A stretch of 64,000 nt of DNA from Azolla caroliniana (Eukaryota; Plantae; Polypodiophyta). The number at the start of each line of letters is the position of its first letter. Position 1 is the stretch's first letter. A program made the translations under genes and the position numbers. This document shows positions 12,631-24,063 of this stretch, one piece after another. The stretch spans positions 6,510,001 through 6,574,000 of the forward strand of contig JBHGNT010000005.1 of NCBI GenBank assembly GCA_043228905.1, given 5' to 3'. Below the pieces are notes generated by a model. It was not told the DNA's origin. It worked only from the letters and a program-made list of their open reading frames with translations, and did not search any database.

Positions 12631-13229
12631 TGTCGTGAAGAAAACCGTCCCTTAGCGCAATTGGTGCATAGCGCGCGTGAACCGGAACTTCACGTGTGCG
12701 TGCCCTTTAATGTGGGAAGTTAATGAGGGAAGCGGCTCCCTTCTTGAAGCTATAAAAGAGAGGGAGACGCGGGGAGAAGGGGATTATTGATTATTGAGGG
12801 GGGACGAAGTGCTGTCGGACCGAAACCGAACACTTCTCCTCTGTTCGTTCTCCATCGCTCTTCTCTGCAGGTTTTCGGGAGGCTCGCGCTGCTTCGAGGA
12901 ACGCCCGTGTGCTTCCGGCAGCATGTCCATCCTATCCCCTTTCGTGCGCAGACGAGTAGGCATCGACATCTATTCGCCGACCTGTTCGGTTGTAACCGCT
13001 CGCATGCTCTGCTGTTTATTTGTCATTCGTTAATATACAAACATTCGTGTCTCTCTGTCTTTGTGTCCATTCGTGTCTTCCGCGTTGACGGGCCGTGTCC
13101 CTGTGTTTCTTTGCTCATATGTAACCGGGCGTCTCTCTCTTTCTCTTTCCCCTTCTATCACCCGCTCTTCGGTTCAAGACCCCGGTGGTCCCGCCTCGTT
13201 TCTCCACGCACGCGCGTAGTAACGCGACA
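12631..13229 (+). repeat. 3' LTR of element D
   Basis: Direct repeat of 5757-6223, with TATA-like CTATAAAAG at ~12750. Confidence 0.9.
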
Positions 13230-15036
13230 ACGTGTGTGCATGTGGATGGATACGAGGAGGTGTGATTGAGTGTCCAGTATGAATGCTCAATGGGGCTTAC
13301 ACCCCTATGTATCTACCACCTCTTGTACTATTTAACCCCTTATGGGGAATGAATGAAATATGAATAATCATTTTTCTCTCTCAATCTCTCTCTCTCTTGT
13401 CATCTCTCTCTCTCTCTCCCCCTCAACATTGAATCCCCTTGGGAGGGGGGTGGAGCCATTCTAGGCACCACCCCCCACCCCGCAATGCTTCTCAATGCAC
13501 ATGATCTCTCTTGCCATCAATCCCATACTCTCCATCATCATCATAACCACCATGTCTATCTTTATCATGATTATCATCGTCCTTAACCCTAACCATAAAA
13601 CATACAAGACATTTTGGCAACCACTAAGGCAACCCCCCTTTCGAGACGGAGTCGAAGAATGATACGCGGTGATGCAAGAAATAGTGACTATGTGCAAGAA
13701 ATGGTGGACATGTGTGAGTAACGACGACATAGATACGCGAGTGTGCGGTTGCGGTTAGCGACAAATGACGGTGGCAAAGTGCGAGACGGAGTTGAAGCAT
13801 GATATGTGATGAGGATGTCTGCAAAGAAGTCAATGAATGGACGGAGTGGAAGAATGTACGATAAATGGTGATGACAATGTCCTAGAAAAGTCGTAGAATG
13901 AGACGCAGTGATACGGATGTGCAAGTGTAAGAGAACTAGCAACGTGTGTGTGCAAGAACGTGTGATGCAAGAGACAACCATCAGATATCAATGGTCGACA
14001 ACCGTATGACGACTGAACAGAGTGGCCATGGGACGGACGGCCAACTGCAGACTGGCCGAATAGCGCCGACAAGGCCGGCAACAGAGATGTCTGGAGATGG
14101 ACCGGACAGACATGGCCTGATGGGCCAGACTGCGGAAAGAGCAACCGGAAGGACCGAAAACAGCCAGACGTGGACAACAGACAGTGCTGGAGACAGAGAC
14201 AACAACCTATGGACAAGTCGGATGGACTTGGAGAGAAACGACGACAGAGACAGAGGAAAGTGATGGAGACGCCAAACGGCGACCAAACAAACGACTGGAC
14301 AAGGCCAAGAAGAACGACGATGGAGACAAAGATAGTGATGAAGATGGCCAACAACAACGAGACAGGATGAACGGAGAGACGGATGACAAATGGCGTTGGA
14401 CAATGGAAACGTGGGTGGCAACAGAAGGAGATGAAGCAATAGCAATGGCGACAACAAAAGAGAAGAAGCAGGAGAGTGAAGGAAAAAGAATGAGGAAGAA
14501 GAAAGCATGCGAGAAGCAAAAGCAGAGGAAAAGATGAAGAAGATGAAGAAGAAGAAGAAGAGGAAGTGGAAGAAATAGAAAACAGAGAAACGCAAAAGAC
14601 AAGAAGACAAAAAGAAGACAAACACAAAAAAAACGACCTAAAAACGAAACTCAAATGAGAGGGAAAAAGAGAAGAGAGGGGCATTGTCATTCGTTTAAAT
14701 ATTTTGAGGCTAAAAATACCTAAATTTAAAAACTTATCCACCTAAAGAAATGGACGTGATCGACCACGACAACCCACACAAAAATTAAAGGAAGAACACA
14801 CATACATACAACATAATTTTGACGACCCGAATGATTTTACGAAGTTCGTAAGTCGACAGAACGAGAATGTTCGTGTCGCGGACGATTTGTTGACCGAGAA
14901 AGATGTTCGAGTCAAGCACTCTGATCGAGGGAGTCGATCAATGAAAGGACCGATGGAAGTTCCGGTCAAAGAAATATCATCATCAAGGCATGTGGGATCG
15001 ACGTGCAAGGCACTTTCCCACGGGCGTGCCATATTG

Positions 15037-15565
15037 TGTTACCCCGTACGAGATGTACGGAGAGTCAAGTGTGATGAGCGAGGGTCGAATGTTATCATGA
15101 TGTTGTGTATGTGTAGGGGGTATAAATGTAGTGATGAGTCTATACGTATGTGAACACATGCACACGTGTGTGCATGTGGATGGATACGAGGAGGTGTGAG
15201 TGAGTGTCCAGTATGAATGCTCAATGGGGCTTACACCCCTATGTATCTACCCCCTCTTGTACTATTTAACCCCTTATGGGGAATGAATGAAATATGAATA
15301 ATCATTTTTCTCTCTCAATCTCTCTCTCTCTTGTCATCTCTCTCTCTCTCTCCCCCTCAACATTGAATCCCCTTGGGAGGGGGGTGGAGCCATTCTAGGC
15401 ACCACCCCCCACCCCCGCAATGCTTCTCAATGCACATGATCTCTCTCGCCATCAATCCCATACTCTCCATCATCATCATAACCACCATGTCTATCTTTAT
15501 CATGATTATCATCGTCCTTAACCCTAACCATAAAACATACAACACATTTTCCCTAAGAGTTAACA
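15037..15565 (+). repeat. 3' LTR of element C
   Basis: Uninterrupted copy of the LTR that D splits at 5756/13230. Confidence 0.88.
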
Positions 15566-16404
15566 CCGTGGTACCGTGGTACCGATCTTCCGCCATCTCA
15601 TGGGGCAAGACTGTCTCCCCGGTCTCAGCTTGAGGCCTCGATCTTTCCTCTTCCTCGAGCATCGCCTCGAGAGTTGCGTACGCCTCTGCAATCCTGGCCT
15701 CAACGCCGACCCTTGCCAACTCCCTTTGTCGTTCGGCCTCTTCCCGCTGTTATGGCACGCCGTCGCGCCCCTTCCTCTTAACCTTCTCAGCTCGCTCATC
15801 ATCTAGCCGTTGGCACACCCTTCCGACCTTCGACCAGTCCTTCGTAAGCCCATTCGCTCCATCATCGTCTTCGTGCTCAATCCCGATGGCTTCCCGTTCC
15901 GCTTGGTCGATCGACCTGACGAACAATAGGACTTGTTCCCGCCCCCACCAAACCTTGTTCCCGCTCCGGGAGCCGAGCAAGTCGTCGCTCGAACTCTCGG
16001 AACGCCTTGGTCACGCCCCGGTGGGTCTTTGCCGATGCTACCCACTGGTCGAAGTCGTGTCGTCCCCGGCTCTTCCGCCGTCCTCCGTATGCCTTCAGGA
16101 GCGCCTCTTCGAAGGCCTCCCACGAACTATGAGCCTCACGGAGCTCCTTTACTTCCGCATGCATCCGGACAGCTACGACCCGATAGAAGAACTCCAGCCT
16201 CAACGCCTCGTCTACGCCACGCTCCTCCATATCCGCGTTGTAGGCTCCCAAGTAAGATGGGACTTTGTCCCCGTTGAATCGACCGACTCTTTCGACCACT
16301 CGCTCAACCGCTTGTTGCGTTGCTTCTCGCCTCATCACCACTCGTGCCGACTCCAACACCACTTCGGCCACCATCACCGCGAGGTTGTCGTCTACCAACT
16401 CCAT
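15566..16404 (-). pseudogene. Gag-like ORF of element B (frameshifted, interrupted by C)
   Basis: ATG just after the PBS; RFNGDKVPSYLGAY...W..FEEALL..Y resembles a retrotransposon capsid. Confidence 0.7.
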
Positions 16405-16419
16405 CCTCCCTTTCCGCCT

Positions 16420-16437
16420 TTCACGTCGGGTTCACCA
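16420..16437 (-). promoter_or_regulatory. Primer-binding site complementary to tRNA-Trp (element B)
   Basis: The + strand reads TTCACGTCGGGTTCACCA, which I recall as the 3' 18 nt of plant cytosolic tRNA-Trp(CCA). An identical copy is at 24153-24170. Confidence 0.85.
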
Positions 16438-16441
16438 AAGA

Positions 16442-17192
16442 TGTCGCGTTGTTACGCGCGCGCGTGGTGAAAGGCGGGACCACGGGGCTCTTGGACTAGG
16501 GAGTGACGGAGCGTAGGAAGTCGTACTTCACCGTTTCTGGGGCATCCCAGAAGCACACCGGAAGCAACCGAAGGGAGAGAGAGAAAGAGAGGGAGTGCGC
16601 GCTTGACACCGACTCACGCACGCACACACACACATAGGCCGACCCGACTCATGCCCTTATGTACAGGAAACACAGGAAAGGGGATGCACCTGACACCAAC
16701 AGAGACACGAATATACACAGACAGGCGCAAATGTAAGTATTACAAGGGAAAGAATACAACCCCGGGTTTGAGCCGGACCAAGCTAGGGTAGGTTACAACA
16801 ACAGTCTGCAGCCAAGCCGCCGTTCGGGGAGCTCTCGGGCTTGTCACGCGGAGCGGGGTCTTGCACAGGAGACCAAGCAACAATAGCCCTCAACAGTCCA
16901 CCCACACCGCGAAGAAGAGGAAGAAGAAGTAGAAGAACTAACCCTAAATCTAACGGTATACCCTCTAACACAAAAATGGGCAACCTATTTACAAGGGACC
17001 ATCCCTTCCTTTAATAAAACAAGGAGAGGGATGCGTTACAATGTGGGATAAATCCTGATTTACATGGGATTCTTCGTCCCGACTTAACTCCTATTATTCA
17101 CACAATTACACGAGGGTGAGTGCACATGGTGCACCCCGCCGATGTAGCCAATATTTCCCGGTTTCCGCCTCTAGCCGAAAATCTTCATGACA
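16442..17192 (-). repeat. 5' LTR of element B
   Basis: TGTCGCGTTG...CTTCATGACA; the PBS lies 4 nt inside. Confidence 0.93.
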
Positions 17193-17702
17193 TCGTGCTA
17201 ATATCACGATCCACATCGCGCCGAACCGTGGTGCAAGGCCACTAAGGCATATTTGTACCATCTCATCATCGTCCACATTGATGCTTATCGAGTCGAGCGA
17301 GTTGCAAAGCTCCTTGATCTTCAAGGTGTAGCTCGTGATGGACATATCCCTTTGTTGGATGTTGTTCAACTCTTGGTGGAGTTGAAACTTTCTCGCAGTT
17401 GTGTTGGCGACGAAAATATTTTGTACATTTTCCTACACTTCCTTTGGCGTCTTGGCTTCTCAAATGTACCCAAGCATGTGTCCGTGTACAGAAGTCGCCA
17501 AGCAAGACATCACTCGGCTTGCCACTTGCTCCCATGTGGCATAATCGGCGTTTTTCAGGCCGGGTCGGTTTTCTTGTGCTCCTTTGATGTAACCCCAATA
17601 GCCTTGGCTGACAAGGTATTGGTGCATCTTGTACTCCCAAGATGCAAAGTTGTTTCGATCTAGCTTCTCGCTAGGGAGAGCGCTCCCCATTTGAGTATTC
17701 AT
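17193..17702 (-). pseudogene. Copia A gag N-terminus
   Basis: MNTQMGSALPSEKLDRNNFASWEYKMHQYL..., near-identical to the gag start of F (23240-23509) and similar to E. Confidence 0.9.
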
Positions 17703-17850
17703 TGTCGATGAAGATTTCTTTCTTCTTTTCTTTTCTTTCTCTCTCGAATACGACCTATGTAGTTGCACTATGATAGCGATGGACCGGTTCTTCTTGAATG
17801 TCGGCATAAAACAGAACACACGCGGATGGGCTAGATTGAGCTACCAAATC

Positions 17851-17862
17851 GCTCTGATACCA
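17851..17862 (-). promoter_or_regulatory. Primer-binding site, tRNA-iMet (copia A)
   Basis: GCTCTGATACCA is the reverse complement of TGGTATCAGAGC. Confidence 0.92.
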
Positions 17863-18322
17863 TGTAAAGAATCGGGTATGATTCTTGTGCATCGGAAGAG
17901 ATATGTGTTATGTGTATGTGTGAGAGGAAATAGAGGACAGAAGAAAAGACACAAGATAGATAGATAAGAACACAATGAAGTACTCAAGAAGAAGATGTAT
18001 ATTCACAAGTAGAATAAGAGATGCAAAAATGTAGCATTAAAAGGAGTCACAACCGACTTTTTATGAAGTATGAGGAGGGTGCTTTATATATAGCCACCCT
18101 CTCTCTTCATTAACTAACTACAACAACCACTCTCTCTTGGGTAATGTGACGACTCATAGTTATGGGGAATATGTAACTCATTAGTTATGTGTCATAGAAT
18201 ATGATTCTATGACACATAGTTAATGTATAGAGAGTAGTGGTGTGACTTTTGACCTTCGAGTAATTATAGATTCTCAAAAGGTGTGTTCACATGTTGCACT
18301 ATGTTGAGCTTGATTCTCAACA
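17863..18322 (-). repeat. 5' LTR of copia A
   Basis: TG...CA termini (TGTAAAGAAT...TTCTCAACA on +), similar to the F LTRs, and abutting the PBS. Confidence 0.88.
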
Positions 18323-18590
18323 ATACCGAAGTATCCACTTCACGGTAGCCCAATGCTCTCTTCTGGGGTTGCTCATATATCGTCTAACCACGCCGACTAC
18401 GTATCCTATGTCTGGCTTGGTACATACCATTGCATACATCAGGCTTCCAACCGCCGAGGCATAAGGGACTTTTGACATCTTGGCTTTCTCGGTTTTTGAT
18501 TTCAGACATTGTTGTCGACTTAGCTTGCAGTTCGTTTGTAGTGTCGAGCCGACCGGTTTCGCGCTTTCCATGCCAAATCTTTGGAGCACC
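18323..18590 (-). mobile_element. Fragment of Tork/Tnt1-like copia G (RT C-terminus), host of A and of the left end of F
   Basis: KVPYASAVGSLMYAMVCTKPDI...HWATVKWILRY, homologous to H 32794-33038. Confidence 0.88.
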
Positions 18591-21500
18591 TGTAAAGAAT
18601 CAAGATATGGATTCTTGTGAAGCGGAAGAGATATGAGTTATGTGTGTGTATGAGAGAGAGTGAGTGAGAGAGTGAGTGAGAGACAAGGAATAAGACACAG
18701 AGAATACGCAAGGTAAGAGTATATTAACAAAGGACAAAGACTCAACACAATACAAGGTGGGAGGAGGGTGCTTTATATAGTCACCCTCTCTCTTCATTAA
18801 CTACAAGGCTCATGGAGCATGGGGAATGTGAAAGCTCATAAGTTATGTGTCATAAAATATGATTCTATGAATCATACTAAATGCTAGAATACAAAGAGGT
18901 GACTTAATGGTGACTCTTGACCGTTGGAGTGTCTATTCACTCTCAAGGTGAGTTCACACACTAGACCAAGTTGAGGTTGATTCTCAATACGCCCCCTCAA
19001 GTCGGGTCAGTTTCAAATGGTATCCGAAATCCGCTTTGACTCGCGTTCCGGAGTCCGCGTCGACTCGTGTTGACTCGCTTTGTGCGGAGCTATGGAATCC
19101 GTGCTCCAGCTTGCGTTGTGCGTAGTTGCGAAGTCTGTGCTTTGGCTCGCGTCTTTCTTTGCGGCTTTGCGTGGTAGATTGGCTCTTCGTGGCTTCGTTG
19201 TGTGGTTGCGTAATCCACGCGTTGTTGCGTAATGTCTTCAGTACTCCCCCTCAAGCTTGGCAGGTCAGGGATCGTCAATCCGAGATCGGTCATGAAGTGC
19301 CACAGCTTGTCGGCTCCTAAGGCTTTAGTGAAGATGTCGAACGTTTGAAGATTTGTGCTAACGTGTTGTAGGTCGACATCACCAGCTAGAACGCGCTCTT
19401 GGATGAAGTGATAGTGCACTTCAATGTGATTTGTCCGCGCGTGGAACACCGGGTTCCGAGCCAGATAGATACTGCTCATGTTGTCGCAGTACAGGGAAGT
19501 CGGATCCTTGATGGGTACGCCCAGATCCTTCAAAATCCTCTTGAGCCATACGACTTCAAATGCAGCTACGGTTGCGCCCCTGTATTCCGCCTCCGTACTC
19601 GAAAGAGCGACGATAGGCTGCTTCTTGCTACTCTAGGATATTGCTCCACTGCCGAGGGAGAAAACAAATCCGGAGGTTGATCTTCTATCGGCTTTGTAGC
19701 CGGCCCAATCGGCGTCGGTGTACCCCTCGAGTCGTATTGGCATCGCAGTCTTGTAGAGGATGCCGCAATCCATTGTGTTGATCACATATGGTAGAACTCG
19801 CTTAGCGCAATCCAAGTGAGTATCACACGGTGTTTGCATGAATTGACTAAGGAGACCGACTGGATAACTGAGATCGGGTCACGTGATCGTGAGGTAGATG
19901 AGACTCTCGATGAGTTGCCGATAGTGAGTCGGCTCACACGCTTTGGTGCCGGAGTTCGCATCTAGTTTGAGATTACGATCGAGCAGAGTTGCCACGGATT
20001 TGCACTCAGCCATTCCGAACTTGTATAACAAGTTGAGGATGTAGTGCCATTGAGAGATCATGATTCCGGCCGGAGTCCGAATTACCTCGATGCCGAGGAA
20101 GTAGTGGAGTTCCTTCATGTCCGTCATCTCGAACTTGTCGGAAAGGAGGGATTTGACCTTATTGATTTCGACGAGATGCTCACCTCCAATGACTAGGTCA
20201 TCCACATATAAGATGATGACGATCGGACTTGCGGAATCGCTTCGTATGTAGAGGGAGTTGTCCTATTTTGACATACGGAAGCCAATTTGATGAAGATATT
20301 GCGTTATCTTTGAATGCCAAGCACACGGTGTTTGCTTGAGGCCGTAGAGTGGCTTCTTGAGTCGGCATACAACTTTCGGATGGGTGCTCGAGTTGAAGCC
20401 GGGTGGTTGTATCATGTACACCTCTTCTAATTCACCTTGTAGAAAGGCGTTCTTGACATCCATTTGATGGAGGTACCACCCTTTCGCCGCGGCAAGCGCA
20501 ATTACGGTTCGCACCGTTGTCATCTTGGCCACCGGGGCAAAGGTCTCCTCGTAGTCAACTCCGTGCGTTTGGGCATACCCTTTCGCTACGAATCGAGCTT
20601 TGTAGCGGTTTACGAAGCTATCGACGTTATACTTGACCTTGTAGATCCATCTGCATCCGATCGCCTTTTTGTGTGGTGAGGTGGGAATGAGATCCCACGT
20701 CTCGTTCTTCCGTAGTGCTTGCATCTCCTCGTTCATTGCTTCGATCCATCGCGGGTCCTTCGCGGCTTCCGAAAAGGTTTCCGGCTCCCGTACTGTCGCT
20801 ACCTTCATCATAAAGGCATAATGGTATGCCATATAATCGTTATAGCTGAATCGGCTTACGAGGTTCTTTTCACGGGTGGAGTGGCAGAGTTTTTTATTTG
20901 CAGAGATGAGGGCTTTCTTAGCTCCGATTGGTACCTCGAAACCGCCGAACTCACTATCGAGTGAGTGAGTCGACTCATCGTCGTTGAAGTGATCGTCTTC
21001 GTTTTCCGACATTTTCGCCTTGCCTTTGTCCATCTTCGGGCTAGGCCGTGATGTGCTTTGATCGCTCAAAGGCTCTTGTGGTCTGCTCAATCGGGTCGTG
21101 ATCGGAATTTCTTCGAATATGCGCGTAAGGCGTTCTTCATCCTCGATCTCTTGTTCGTCGAATTCCGGGTCAAACGGAGTCGGAGTCGGAGTTGTCTCTG
21201 GTGCGTACCAGGATGCGGACTCGTAAAAAATGACGTCTCGACTTACTCGAGATTTTCGAGTTGAAGGGTTGTAGCACTTGTACCCCTTTTGCTCCAGTGA
21301 GTATCCTACGAGGATACATTTCTCTGACTTCGGGTCAAGCTTTTGACGTGTCTCATTGGGGATGTGCACGTATACTATCGCGCCAAATATCCGGATGTGT
21401 GATAAGTCCGGCTTCTTTCCAAAGTATTTTTCGTGCGTAGTGACCTTGTGCGTGCCAGATGTTGTGCACCGGTTCATTAGGTAGACGGCCGTATTTGCAG

Positions 21501-24063
21501 CTTCGGCCCAATATGACTTGGGCATATGCTTCTCGTTCATCATGGCCCGCGCTACTTCGAGGATGTGCCATTTTTTGCGCTCGGCTACTCCGTTTTGTTG
21601 CGGAGTGTATCGGCAAGTGAATTCTCACCAAATTCCTTCCTTTCAGAGATACGCCGTGAAGTCGTCCAAGAAATACTCCTTGCCACCATCCGATTGAAGA
21701 CAACGTACATGTCTGCCCGTGGCTTTCTCGACTTCATTCTTGAAAGTTTGGAAGTGTCCGAACACTTCGCTCTTTTGCCGCATCGGGTAGATCCAAGTGT
21801 GCCTGGAGAAGTCGTCGATGAAGAGCACGTAATATCGGCATCCGCCGAATGTAGCCGTCTGCGTCGGTCCCCATACGTCGGAATGGACTACGTCGAGTAG
21901 ACCTTTGCTCACGTTCCGCTCTTTCGGGAATGGGTGTCGGTGTTGCTTGCCGAATTGGCACGCTTCGTATACATCTTCAATCTCCTTCTCTTTGAATGTC
22001 AGGAGTCCGATGATGACTCCTTTCGATTTCATTGCTTTGAGCTTTTGGAGATTTATATGGCCAATCCGCTTTCATGCCCTTTGCAAACATGGCCAATTTC
22101 ATCTCGTGTGAGTCGAGAATGAACATTTGGCCCTCTCTTCGTCCGCGTGCGATGAGTCGGCCCTCTTTTTCGATGAAGCAACCGCCTTAATTAAATCAAA
22201 CTTGCATCCCTTGCTCTACAATTTGGCCGACGGAGACCAACTTCTTTATAATGGTCGGTACATGCAAGACATTTTTAATGTAATTTTGCTTACCTTCTTT
22301 TCCGAACGGAACATTGCCAATGTGCCGAATCGGGTGCGTCGTGTCGTCTCCGGTTTCGACATAACCGGGTCGGTCCAGCTCTCGAAGTTCATGGAACCAT
22401 TCTTGATGCGATGTCATATGGTTTGAGGCACCGGAATCGACGAACCATACATCTTCCGAGCCGGAGGCACTAGTTGAGGTAGAGACCGACATAGAGTTTG
22501 CTCTATGTTTCATCATGAACATTCCGCCACGGTCGGAGTTGTGTGCGTACATTCCGCCACGATCTTCGTAGTCGGAGTTGTGCCCGTACATTCCGCTATA
22601 CTCTTCGTAGTCGGAATTGTGTGCGTAATTCGTGTGTTGTCGGCTTGTGGAAGCCGATTCACGCATCTTCTTTCGGCACTCTTCTTCGTGGTGGCCGATC
22701 TTTCCGCAATATCCGCGTTTGGTTGCGTTTTGACGGCTCGGGCCGGAGTGGAAGTTCCCCCTTCTTGCGAAGGTTCCTCGTTGGCCTCCGTTTTGTGGCC
22801 GAAATTGGGAGTTGTTGTCATAGGTCGGACCTCGTCCGCCTTGTCCTTAGCCGAATCGGCCTCTCGCTCGTCCGCGTCCTCTTCCTCCGTTAGAGTGCGT
22901 GTAGAGCATGTGGCCTTCCGACTCATTGCTCCTTGTACGCACGTGGTTTTCTTCGACCAATAGCATTGCTTGGAGCTCAAAGAAGGAGGGAGATTTCTCC
23001 CGTGCTAGAACGACAATTCGCATCGCGCCAAACCGTGGTGCGAGGCCACCGAGGCATATTTGAACCATCTCATCATCATCGATATTTACGCTTATTGAGC
23101 CGAGCGAATCGCAAAGCTCCTTGATCTTCGAGGTGTATGTCGTAATGGACATGTCCCTTTGTTGAATGTTGTTCAAATCTTGGCGGAGTTGGAGCTTCCT
23201 CGCGGTCATGTTCGCCGCGAAAATCTTTCGTAGAATTTCTCATGCCTCCTTCGGCGTCTTGGCTTCGCGAATGTAGCCAAGCATGTGATCGTGAACACAT
23301 GTCGCCAAGCAATACATCACGCGGTTTGCGGCTTGCTCCCATGTTGCGTATCCGAGAGCCGCTTCGGCGGGTCGGTCTTCATGCACTCCTTTGATGTAGC
23401 TCCAATAGCCTTGTCCGACAAGGTATTGGTGCATTTTGTACTCCCAAGATGCGAAGTTGTTTCGATCCAACTTCTCGGTAGGGAGAGCACTCCCCATTTG
23501 AGTATTCATTATGTCGATTCTTCTTCTTTTTCTTCTCTCTTCGAATGCGAGCTATGTAGCAAAGCTACGATGGCGATGAGCCGGTTCTTGGTCGTCGGTG
23601 TGGAGCACAACACACGATCACGATGAGGCGAATGGGCTAGATCGAGCTACCAAATCGCTTTGATACCATGTAAAGAATCAAGAGATAGATTCTTGTGAAG
23701 CGGAAGAGATATGAGTTATGTGTGTGTATGAGAGAGAGAGAGAGAGAGGGAGAGAGACAAGGAATAAGACACAGAGAATACGCAAGGTAAGAGTATATTA
23801 ACAAAGGACAAAGACTCAACACAATACAAGATGGGAGGAGGGTGCTTTATATAGTCACCCTCTCTCTTCATTAACTACAAGGCTCATGGAGCATGGGGAA
23901 TGTGAAAGCTCATAAGTTATGTGTCATAGAATATGATTCTATGACTCATACTAAATGCTAGAATACAAAGAGGTGACTTAATGGTGACTCTTGACTGTTG
24001 GAGTGTCTATTCACTCTCAAGGTGAGTTCACACACTAGACCAAGTTGAGCTTGATTCTCAACA
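18591..24063 (-). mobile_element. Ty1/copia element F (A/E family), two LTRs but no matching TSD
   Basis: LTRs 18591-18989 and 23669-24063, PBS 23657-23668 (tRNA-iMet, one mismatch), PPT 18990-19001; flanks are GCACC and ACCAT. Confidence 0.93.
19090..23509 (-). pseudogene. Copia F gag-pol with stops and frameshifts
   Basis: ORF chain 23240-23509, 22847-23209, 22196-22666, 21643-22032, 20263-21543, 19879-20205, 19633-19839 and 19090-19533, covering all copia domains in order. Confidence 0.94.

Larger units (their letters stand above)
5757..13229 (+). mobile_element. Ty3/gypsy element D (B family), internally deleted; hosts copia E
   Basis: Truncated 5' LTR 5757-~6223, 3' LTR 12631-13229 (TGTCGTGAAG...AACGCGACA), perfect 4-bp TSD ACGT, PPT 12614-12630 and an integrase remnant. 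Confidence 0.9.
5626..15565 (+). mobile_element. Non-coding LTR element C (TRIM/LARD-like, ~2.5 kb without the nested D and E)
   Basis: TGTTACCCC...GAGTTAACA termini and 5-bp TSD CCGTG. LTRs are 5626-5756 plus 13230-13614, and 15037-15565. The 1.4-kb purine-rich internal region has no retroelement domains. PBS-like TGGCAACCAC at 13615. Confidence 0.85.
2247..17192 (-). mobile_element. Ty3/gypsy-family element B, no pol detected (non-autonomous); hosts C, D and E
   Basis: Paired ~750-bp LTRs at 2247-2999 and 16442-17192, 4-bp TSD CCGT/TCGT, tRNA-Trp PBS 16420-16437, G-rich PPT 3000-3015 and a gag-like ORF. The gypsy assignment comes from the integrase in family members D and N. Confidence 0.9.
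1..18322 (-). mobile_element. Ty1/copia LTR retrotransposon A (3' part runs off the window; interrupted by gypsy B at 2247-17192)
   Basis: 5' LTR 17863-18322, tRNA-iMet PBS 17851-17862 and gag start at 17702. Gag resumes at 2246 across the B insertion. Protease WFVDSSAS, integrase IHSDVWGP and KLDPKSEKCILVG motifs are present. Collinear with element F. Confidence 0.93.

Noticed and set aside
13830-14741. 303-aa hydrophobic minus-strand ORF in C
   Set aside because: It is the antisense of GA-rich low-complexity DNA that lacks stops by composition, and has no domain motifs
16420-16437. tRNA-Trp gene
   Set aside because: Only the 3' 18 nt including CCA are present, next to an LTR, so this is a PBS
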